Shown here: positions 1 to 6,987 of the stretch, piece by piece
How positions within the stretch are numbered: the stretch's first letter is position 1
Layout: every line of letters starts with the position of its first letter
NCBI RefSeq assembly: GCF_000143415.4
Contig: NW_003314673.1
Location: forward strand, 1-6,987
Reading direction: 5' to 3'
Origin: Selaginella moellendorffii
Lineage: Eukaryota > Plantae > Lycopodiophyta
Length of the DNA: 6,987 nucleotides
Notes under the pieces: generated by a model
Seen by the model: the letters and a program-made list of their open reading frames with translations, nothing else
Told to the model about the DNA's origin: nothing
The model's database searches: none
Position numbers and translations under genes: made by a program

Positions 1-1
1 A

Positions 2-410
2 GCACTTCTTAATGTTTCTGCTGATGCTGCATCAAACCAGATGAAATCACTTTAAGTATACATTTAGATAGTTTTAATTGGTGGTGGACACTCTGGTGAT
101 GTCCATAACACACCCCACTTAATGAACTATGGTTATCATACACTACTATGGCATTTCTATCATCTCAGATTAGCATCAAGTTCCTTTCTTTTTTGAGTGA
201 AGAACAAGCAAGCGAATTTTGATTTAAGATTTTTAAAAATTTATATTATTGATATTATTAATTGGTAATTTTATTGTTAAATGTACCAAAGGCACCCTAA
301 CAACACAAGATGCAGCAGGGAGAGCATTTGCCATGGATGTAGTGGTATGTATATACTAAGATCATAATGCTCTGAATTAGGCCATTTTCGAGGTGGAATA
401 TATTTTGTTT
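2..410 (+). pseudogene. Possible decayed spliced gene fragment of unknown product, converging on the minus-strand gene; one exon resembles an AP2-domain helix
   Basis: Frame 2 from position 2 reads ALLNVSADAASNQMKSL*VYI*IVLIGGGHSGDVHNTPH. Exon-like 291-344 reads GTLTTQDAAGRAFAMDVV, follows AT-rich intron-like DNA and ends at a gtatgt donor (345) with a ttag acceptor at 380. Exon structure is uncertain. Confidence 0.25.
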
Positions 411-482
411 TGAAATTTTGAAAATTACACTAAGAGCAATTTATGGATAATCCCTCTTCATTTAATGCATTGTAATTATTGT

Positions 483-1250
483 TTAAGCATGGCAAAAACA
501 ATGTTTAAATGCATTGGACCTATAATTTAAAATATAAATATAATTTTTTATTAGCACCATACCCTAACCCTACAAACTGATGCTAATTTTTTTTAATTTT
601 TAGAGTAAAGAATGTACTTAGAATATTCAGATGAGATTCTCTTTCGTTTTGCAATATATTTTCTTGCAACATGTACAACAAGAAATAGTGCGAAGTTCCT
701 TAAGTCTACTGTTGCTAGGCAATCATAGTGTTCCTCTTTTCTGGGAATGAAAATGGTGGCATCTGTTTTGGTATCTAGTGCAGAGTGTCTGGTAATCTTG
801 TATAATAATAAATTTGTGAGAGTTCAAATTATTAAAGCTAATAATAATCAAGGAGGACTTAGCATTGCATTGAACGAGGCCATAGAAAAATGCTATGTTG
901 TGAGGTCAAAGAGGCTGGAATTGAAAGCAAAAGCAAGCAACAACTACTCATGCAATAGATGAGCTCTTTACTATTTTCAATTGGGTCTGCTTAGAAGAGT
1001 TTCACCGGTCTTGCAATGATAAACTTGCCACTGTTTGTGTGTTTTATAACCTGAAAAGCCAAAAAGTTGTCATATATAAGGTAATTGAAAGTCCCCATCC
1101 ATAATGTACTCAAACGACAAACAATTAGAACACTAGAGCAATACTAAATAGCTTAGCCTTGCCAAAATATGTAGAATGTTCTTGGTTCTAGCAAACCACA
1201 GTGAAGCCTTGAAATAGCCATTTTTTGCCGTGCCAAAACCACTCACTATA
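483..1250 (-). other. Divergent SET-domain-like region (exons of the decayed gene)
   Basis: A-x3-I-x5-I-x3-Y (ARKYIAKRKRILFEY in copy 2, 5514-5558; 623-667 in copy 1) has the spacing of the SET motif A.rdI..GEEL..dY. Upstream IAVMITRHS echoes iarfiNHS. Splicing out 520-617 gives a CxC tail, SNAFKHCFCHA*. Against the call: GEE is RKR, and the HS-to-A spacer is long (38 aa). Confidence 0.4.
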
Positions 1251-2097
1251 GAAGGTTTCATAATGAAGTGTCATGTGCAATTAACAGGCTTTGTAAACAT
1301 TAGAAATAGGAGGAAATTTTATCTTCTTTCCTTTGGTGCTATTGCACGTGTTTTTGATGTATAGAAGAGTTGGCTCGACTGTGCTGAATCTCAAGTGTTT
1401 AATGTTCTCAAAGTCTAAGGAGAATAGAGGAATTGACGAGAGCAAGGGATAGGGTTCATTAAAAAACTTAAGTGATCTTTTGCTACTTTTACTGCTTGAT
1501 TTGCATAAGTATAGTTCCTACTATATAATTGTTATATTTATAGATATAATATCCTATATTTACATACATATTCTATGTATAAGCTCAAATTCACAAAAGC
1601 TTTTCGTGTCTCATTAAATTTTTGATTCATTGGTAAAAGGTTTGTAGTTTTGTTAATTGCTTTGGAATGATGCCACTGGAGATCCACCTCTCAATATCTT
1701 CTAATGAACTTCTTGCTATCTCGGCTTCTTGCTCAGAAATTTGCCCCTTCTTTCACCCCTGCCTTTGCCCTTGGAGTGCCTCGTTGAGCACCACCTGGAG
1801 TGCCTGGTTTTGCCCCTGGAGTGTCGCCTGGAGTGCCTAGTTTTGCCCTTGGAGTGTTGTCTAGAGTGCCTGGTTTCACTCCTGGAGCACCTCTGTGTAA
1901 TGTGCAAAAACATTTCGAAGCCTCGCAACTTCACTACCTCTTAGTTGAGCTTTCTGACATCATCACCAAACACACTTCTAGATGCACCAGGAAATAGTGC
2001 ATCCAAGAAAATCAACGAGTGATAAGGATTGTCCGAATGAATCCCACTGACTAAAAAGTGGTGAAGTTGTTGATGCTGGGCCTTCTTGGCGTTGCTC
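565..2097. repeat. Long direct repeat, copy 1 (local segmental duplication; true right end unknown)
   Basis: taaccctacaaactgatgctaa starts at both 565 and 5456, and the copies stay colinear to the window end. Identity is roughly 90% by eye. Indels: 16 bp (5685-5700, copy 2 only), 18 bp (1214-1231, copy 1 only) and several of 1 bp. Confidence 0.97.
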
Positions 2098-2290
2098 TTA
2101 CAACATTGAAAATAATCTTCAAGGGTCTCAATATTCTTGCTGTATCCTTTCCCCATTGGGGCCATGGCCTAGACAAGCGTTCACTTAGGCACCCCCATCA
2201 CTTTCAGATCTTCTCTCATGATGGCATATATTCTTGCTTCTCCCCAGCTGATAATGCTCCAAAAGCAGAGGGCCGTGGTAGCAAGAACAT
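1680..2290 (-). other. HEPN domain (Swt1/DZIP3-like) with RxxxxH motif at 1900-1917
   Basis: The two-copy consensus DNPYHSLIFLDALF...SVFGDDVRKLNQEVMKLRRLRNVFAH..[repeat]..ISEQEAEIARSSLEDIERWI matches the Swt1-type HEPN layout D..ll.l..vF...eL...RN..AH...s..da.ral...rll. Confidence 0.7.
1771..1890. repeat. 33-bp (21+12) minisatellite, ~3.5 units, encoding (ALQATLQGQNQ)n on the minus strand
   Basis: A YTGGAGTG-like core recurs at 1771, 1795, 1816, 1828, 1849, 1861 and 1882 (spacings 24, 21, 12, 21, 12, 21). Confidence 0.92.
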
Positions 2291-2330
2291 GTCATTGCCA
2301 TGTCTCTGCAGTCAGAAAGCAATGAAGTGT

Positions 2331-2610
2331 CTTGGGCATTTTGGACTGCAAGCTTGATGCTGCCTCAAAATCCCCCTTGAGGGCAACTGCAGTGACCAGG
2401 GAGTTCCATGACACTTCATCTCGGTGTTTCAGGATCATCCTAAACATCTTCACGGCCTCATCAAAATTCCTGGACATCATCAAAATTTGGATCATTGCAT
2501 TCCAAAGCCAGATGGGCTTTTCCTCCAGTCCTCCCATCACTTCAAGCACTTGCTTTGGATGTCCTTTTTGGGCATGTTCTGAGGCATTTATGATCCATGA
2601 GAGCAACAAT
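2331..2610 (-). other. About three short (S/SS-type, PLS-class-like) PPR motifs
   Basis: SWIINASEHAQKGHPKQVLEVMGGLEEK / PIWLWNAMIQILMMSRNFDEAVKMFRMILKH / RDEVSWNSLVTAVALKGDFEAASSLQSKMPK. The VSWN..G...EA...MP pattern and ~31-aa spacing are typical of PPR motifs. Confidence 0.8.
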
Positions 2611-2743
2611 CTCACTGCTCTGAATGGCTTCCCAGCGCCCTGCATTTTCCTCCCTGATGCAGAAAAGAGAGAAAGAGAGCAAGCAAGGTTGAGCAAGCAA
2701 AAGATCAAGGCCAAGCTCAAATCTTTAGGGCTCTTGTAGAGCT

Positions 2744-2855
2744 GGAAGAAGCTGCGGCCGTTACTTGCGTCCACCAGGTTGGGAAGAGGCTTCTCCGTGC
2801 TCCCACAGGGAAGAAGCTGCAGTTGTTACATGCGTTCATCAGGTTGAGAAGAAGC
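2744..2855. repeat. 47-bp imperfect direct repeat, period 65 bp
   Basis: ggaagaagctgcggccgttacttgcgtccaccaggttgggaagaggc (2744-2790) vs ggaagaagctgcagttgttacatgcgttcatcaggttgagaagaagc (2809-2855): 8 mismatches, 7 of them transitions. Confidence 0.9.
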
Positions 2856-2947
2856 CCTAGGTTATGCTGATTGTAAGTTTCGGGAGTTCCCCTTGCAATG
2901 TTCTTGTTCTCGAGTGAGTGAAGTTTACTGTTTGAAGGTACCTAGAT

Positions 2948-3497
2948 CACATACGCGATGTGGAATCTGTTTGTCCCGGCCAAGATATGAGCACAATCTT
3001 GGAGAGAATGCCGCCGCATGATATTTCGTCCTGGAACCAGCTGCTTGGATGTTTCTTTGCACTTGGAGAGCTGGAGCACGCCGAGATGATCCTTCTCACC
3101 CCAGCTCCCCAGCACAATGTTCTCTCGATGATCCAAGCCTAGAGATTGATTCGAGCTTCAGGTAACTTCAGATAGTTCTATCCGATTGTTGAAATTATAA
3201 TCTGTCGGTCTACTCATGGCATCTTGCAGGTGGAACTTGAGACTAGAATGCAAGCTGGTGGAGCGCGACTTCGTGCTTGTAATTCCTTTTCTACTTTCAG
3301 GAGAGCAATTGGCTGTGGTGGTCAAGGATTTACAAGTGGATCACAACAGTCAGAATTGCAAATATACAGCAAAGGAGGTGCAGCTTGTCATCTCTCTTTG
3401 TTTGATATTTCAACCAGGCAAAGCAGCTCTAGCAAAAGCAAAGCAAACGATCATTGCATCGAGGCAACTGAGAGGGGATTCCATTTTGCTGCAAGCT
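2948..3497 (+). pseudogene. Decayed spliced gene starting with 1-2 PPR motifs, followed by short unrecognised exons
   Basis: ILERMPPHDISSWNQLLGCFFALGELEHAEMILLTPAPQHNVLS is a typical short PPR motif. Splice signals: CAG|gtaact 3162 to ttgcag 3229, tttcag acceptor at 3300, intron 3378-3417, gtaagt donor at 3498. Confidence 0.55.
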
Positions 3498-3769
3498 GTA
3501 AGTTGATAGTTTTGTTATGATAGCAGTTCTTTGAAGGGGAAATTGACTCTCATTGTGAGTGTAGCCTCGCTTGTTGAGCACATTTTGGATGCTGGAAAAG
3601 TTCCATCGAAGCGAGCATCATTGCAGAAGCAGCGCTAGAGAGGCTGCCCGACCGATCTAGGGCCAAGCTTGCGTGGCTAACTCCAGCGTGACAACACCGA
3701 GCTTTCCTTGTCCAAGCAAATCCTTGAAATTGTTCCTCTCCTAGGTTGCTTGTGTTTCTCTCGCATCCT

Positions 3770-3940
3770 CTTTGAACTATAGCGTAGTAGTGTACAAAAC
3801 ATTTTTGGGGGTGATTCAGCATGGATGACTTGTCACAACTTGAGAAGAACTTGATCAAACTTCACTCTATATCCAATGATGTTGGGGACTCTTAAATCCT
3901 GCTAGTCTGACTTGAACTTAATCATCGTCTCAACATCATG
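3770..3940 (-). mobile_element. Possible retrotransposon gag relic
   Basis: The frame from 3940 reads HDVETMIKFKSD*QDLRVPNIIGYRVKFDQVLLKL*QVIHAE, reminiscent of the gag pattern (W)..LR....Y..kF..l...L. No other retroelement domains are seen. Confidence 0.25.
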
Positions 3941-4467
3941 AGTTCATGAGCCTCTCTAGAGATTGAAAAGAAAGAAAAAAGAAAAATTTCTTGCACGTTC
4001 GCTGCATATGCTAGCCTTGGTATTTCCGATCCTGTGTGGAGGGTTTTAAATTTAATTCCGCGACTCCTCCACACCATTAAACACGGTCTGAGTATCTATA
4101 GGTTCTGAAAGAAAAATAACCATTATCTGTCCATCGTAAAGCATCAATTCTAGCATCCATCAATCACTATTGTTTGGAAAGGTATACACAGTAGTGAACC
4201 ATCTTGCATCATTAGTCTATCTTTCTATCAAATAGCATATACATTAGATAGAAAAGGTGCTCCAACTCTAGTGAGGAAATCCTCAACACTCACATGGTAA
4301 TTTTCCGGCCAAGAAAGTAGGAGAATGGAGGGTGGCACTTGCTCCCAGGAAGTCATTCTTGTCTTTTGCCAGCTTCGTGAGAGACCCTAGAGTTGAATAA
4401 AGTGGACCCTATTGACTGCTGTGAGTCACAACATTGGAACTAACTTTAACAAGAATCTCATTACTTC

Positions 4468-5460
4468 TTATTCTTCCTCGCTAGCATCAGAGCTTGAGCT
4501 TCTTCTGAGAGGTTGCAGACCTCTCTTGGTCATCTTGGATTTCACTCGCTGCCTATTTGGGTGCTCACCCAGTCTGAAGTTATCCTCAACATTGTCATTG
4601 TAATCATCGTTTCTGTCGAGTTTGAATTTGAGCTCACCATACCACTTGACGATCTCCTCCACACCCCCCACCTAAAAGTTGAAGAGATCCATGCATGCGT
4701 TCCCTGGCCAGGCCCAAATCTTGTCGAAGCCACCATTCTGCACCACCATCTTTGCAGCTTCCAGGTCCTCAACAAGTTCATCAGAAGTCTTTTGTTCAAA
4801 ATCCTCCTAACTCATCCTGTCATCGAATTCAACATCAGGTGAGCAGTCCGTGTCCATCTGGAGCAATCTATCCAACGACTTAGACTTGTCGAAACTCCTC
4901 AAAACCAACTCCCACTCATGTGCCAGCATCCGCGCATCAAATACTAGCAGCGCTTGCATCTCCAGCGATCCAGGATTGCCGAACAGGTCCACCCAAGAGA
5001 CCATCTTCTGCCGAAACTTTGTCGATCCTGGGCCACGCCCTCAAATCTCATGGGGTATCATGCCTAACCTCATGTACTTGATCAGATGTCGACTAAACAA
5101 TGGCATCTCTTGTGGCAGCTGCTGTTTCTACTGTTGCTGGAGCTCTTCCTAGATTGATTCGATCGTTGTTGGTGCCCTCTTGTAGCCATTGACGCAAAGG
5201 TGAATGTTGGTGTAAGTGAGGTTGTCATCCCAAATACCTTTGTAGTGCTCTTCATAGGATGTGGGCTTCTTGCAAACAATGGCCTCCATCGCGATTTTGC
5301 TGATACCTGACACTCTACCCTGCTCTCACACATGACCGAATACATGCTAGATCCTATAGTCTAGCCTTTGAAGTGCCATGTTCACAACGGCGTAGAAGGC
5401 TGTGTAGTGCCATCGCCTCTATCCTAGACAATCCATTACAGAGTCTACCAGGAAGTAACC
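4468..5460 (-). pseudogene. 5'-truncated intronless orphan ORF relic (331 codons), function unknown
   Basis: One frame with no frameshift links ORFs 4807..5004 and 4468..4671 and extends to 5460. It has 8 internal stops (TAG 5421, 5349, 5151, 5130, 4809, 4674; TGA 5328, 5043), e.g. ESI*EELQQQ*KQQLPQE. GC content is higher than in the flanks, and there is a codon-aligned antisense shadow ORF at 4513..4842. Confidence 0.75.
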
Positions 5461-6987
5461 CTACAAACTGATGCTAAATTTTGTTAATTTTTATAGTAAA
5501 GGACGTACTTAGAATATTCAAATAAGATTCTCTTTCGTTTTGCAATATATTTTCTTGCAAAATGTACAACAAGAAATAGTGGGAAGTTCCTTAAGTCTAC
5601 TGTTGCTAGGCAATCATAGTGTTCCTCTTTTCTGGGAATGAAAATGGTGGCATCTGCTTTGGTATCTAGTGTAGAGTGCCTGGTAATCATGACAGCAATA
5701 AATCTTGTATAATAATAAATATGTGAGAGTTCAAATTATTAAAGCTAATAATAATCAAGGAGGACTTAGCATTGCATTGAACGAGGCCATAGAAAAATGC
5801 TATGTTGTGAGGTCAAAGAGGTTGGAATTGAAAGCAAAAGCAAGCAACAACTACTCATGCAATAGATGAGCTCTTTACTATTTTCAATTGGGTCTGCTTA
5901 GAGGAGTTTCATTGGTCTTGCAACTACAAGTGTGCCACTGTTTGTGTGTTTTACAACCTGAAAAGCCAAAAAGTTGTCATATATAAACTAGTTGAAAGTC
6001 CCCATCCATAGTGTACTGAGACGACAAACAATCGGAACACTAGAGCAATACTAAATAGCTTAGCCTTGCCAAAATATATAGAATGTTCTTGGTTTTAGCA
6101 AACCATAGTGAAGTCTTGAAGCCAAAACCATTCACTGCAAGAGGTTTCATAATGAAGTGTTGTGTGCAATCAATAGGCTTTATAAACATTAGAAATAGGA
6201 GGCAATTTTATCTTCTTTCCTTTGGTGCTACTGCACGTGTCTTTGATGTATAGAAGAGTTGGCTTGACTGTGCTGAATCTCAAGTGTTTAGTGTTCTCAA
6301 AAGACCAAGGATAATAAAGATTTTGACGAGAGCAAGGGATAGGGTTCATTATAAAACTTAAGTGATCTTTTGCTACTTTTACTACTTGATTTGCAATAAG
6401 TATAGTTCCTACTATATAATAGTTATATTTATAGATATAATATCCTATATTTACATACATATTCTATGTATAAGCTCAAATTCACAGAAGCTTTTCGTGT
6501 CTCATTAAATTTTTGATTCGTTGGTAAGAGGTTTGTAGTTTTATCAATTGCCTTGGAATGATGCCACTGAAAATCCACCTCTCAATATCTTCTAATGAAC
6601 TTCTTGCTATCTTAGCTTCTTGCTCAGAAATTTGCCCCTTCTTTTGCCCCTGCTTTTGCCCCTGGAGTGCCTTGTTGAGTACTGCCTAGAGTGCCTAGTT
6701 TTGCACCTAGAGTGTTGCCTGGAGTGCCTGGTTTTGTCTTTGGAGTGCTGCTTGGAGTGCCTGGTTTCACTTTGGAGCGCCTCTGTGCAATGTGCAAAAA
6801 CATTCCAAAGCCTTCGTAACTTCATCACCTCTTGGTTGAGCTTTCTGACATCATCACCAAACACGCTTCTAGATGCACCAAGAAATAGTGCATCCAAGAA
6901 AATCAACGAGTGATAAGGATTGTTTAGACGAATCCTGTTGACTAAAAAGTGGCGAAGTTGTTGATGCTAGGCCTTCTTGGTGTGCTC
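5456..6987. repeat. Long direct repeat, copy 2 (continues beyond the window)
   Basis: Colinear with 565-2097 at offsets of 4889-4907. Confidence 0.97.
5456..6987 (-). pseudogene. Second copy of the HEPN/SET-like gene, 3'-truncated at 5456; 5' part outside the window
   Basis: ORF 6607..6906 gives IFLDALF...KLRRLWNVFAH (HEPN R is W, 6790-6807), then a 1-bp deletion at ~6772. ORF 5484..5690 carries the SET-like exon. The CxC exon seen in copy 1 is missing. Confidence 0.7.
6662..6780. repeat. 33-bp minisatellite, copy 2
   Basis: Same unit structure as 1771-1890, with several ctgg>ctag changes. Confidence 0.92.

Larger units (their letters stand above)
483..2645 (-). pseudogene. Decayed multi-exon gene, copy 1: PPR motifs - HEPN (Swt1-like) with internal Gln-rich repeat - spliced C-terminal part with divergent SET-like motif
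   Basis: ORFs 2292..2774 and 1941..2165 share one frame and are separated by TGA 2294, TGA 2183 and TAG 2171. TAA at 1943 is CAA in copy 2, and a 1-bp deletion at ~1922 is intact in copy 2. The frame continues LRNVFAH...GQISEQEAEIARSSLEDIERWISSGIIPKQL. Short AT-rich intron-like segments follow, then exons KNGYFKASLWFARTKNIL, VIKHTNSGKFIIARP and ITRHS...ARKYIAKRKRISSEYS. ATG 2645 lies just after a polypyrimidine-CAG acceptor (2654). Exon joins between ~1570 and ~800 are not resolved. Confidence 0.65.

Noticed and set aside
68-97. IVLIGGGHSG as a Rossmann GxGxxG motif
   Set aside because: The following residues (DVHNTPH) do not form the expected small-hydrophobic helix, so there is too little support.
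561-573. Telomere-like accctaaccctac at the repeat boundary
   Set aside because: Fewer than two full units, not the plant CCCTAAA repeat, and explained by the acceptor/micro-exon/donor sequence on the minus strand.
1771-1890. CRISPR-like array
   Set aside because: The units are tandem with repeating inter-core sequence rather than unique spacers, the context is eukaryotic, and there are no cas genes.
1716-1997. LECL-, RHSR- and PG-repeat ORFs (also 6607..6913) as real proteins
   Set aside because: They are alternative-frame or antisense readings of the minisatellite. Only the ALQ frame joins both coding flanks and is repaired by comparing the copies.
2058-2739. Plus-strand ORFs 2058..2357 and 2332..2739, and likewise 747..962, 4412..4603, 4513..4842, 4695..4883 and 4850..5152
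   Set aside because: They are antisense shadows of the minus-strand relic genes and carry no recognisable motifs.
4034-4074. Inverted repeat as a Helitron 3' hairpin or a terminator
   Set aside because: The loop is 23 nt, and there is no correctly placed CTRR-T end or U-tract.
4468-5460. Stop-codon reassignment or U-to-C RNA editing as the explanation for in-frame TAG/TGA
   Set aside because: In the duplicated gene, equivalent positions differ as CAG/TAG, CGA/TGA and CAA/TAA between copies and occur alongside frameshifts. The DNA looks nuclear, so mutational decay is the simpler explanation.
5600-5640. EHYD as the HxD motif of a TET/JBP-type 2OG-Fe dioxygenase
   Set aside because: No distal His/Arg motif is found, and the flanking motifs fit SET better.
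565-6987. The long direct repeats as LTRs of a retrotransposon
   Set aside because: The shared boundary begins TAACCC, with no TG...CA termini. No PBS, PPT, RT or integrase is seen, and the repeat is part of a spliced gene that continues past the boundary in copy 1.

Overview
Eukaryotic, plant-like nuclear DNA made of decayed genes. I found no intact CDS. Short ~31-aa PPR motifs and candidate GT-AG introns of ~40-70 nt suggest a lycophyte such as Selaginella (inference). The main structure is a diverged direct duplication, 565-~2097 vs 5456-6987 (offset ~4891), which runs off the right edge. Each copy repairs most of the other's stops and frameshifts. Combining them reconstructs a minus-strand gene that the ORF track misses: N-terminal PPR motifs, in frame with a Swt1-like HEPN domain (LRRLRNVFAH), with an 11-aa Gln/Leu repeat just after the HEPN His, followed by spliced exons ending in a divergent SET-like motif. 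Between the copies lie a divergently oriented PPR-starting spliced relic, a possible gag relic, and a 331-codon intronless orphan frame broken only by TAG/TGA stops. All domain calls are by-eye motif recognition; no searches were run.
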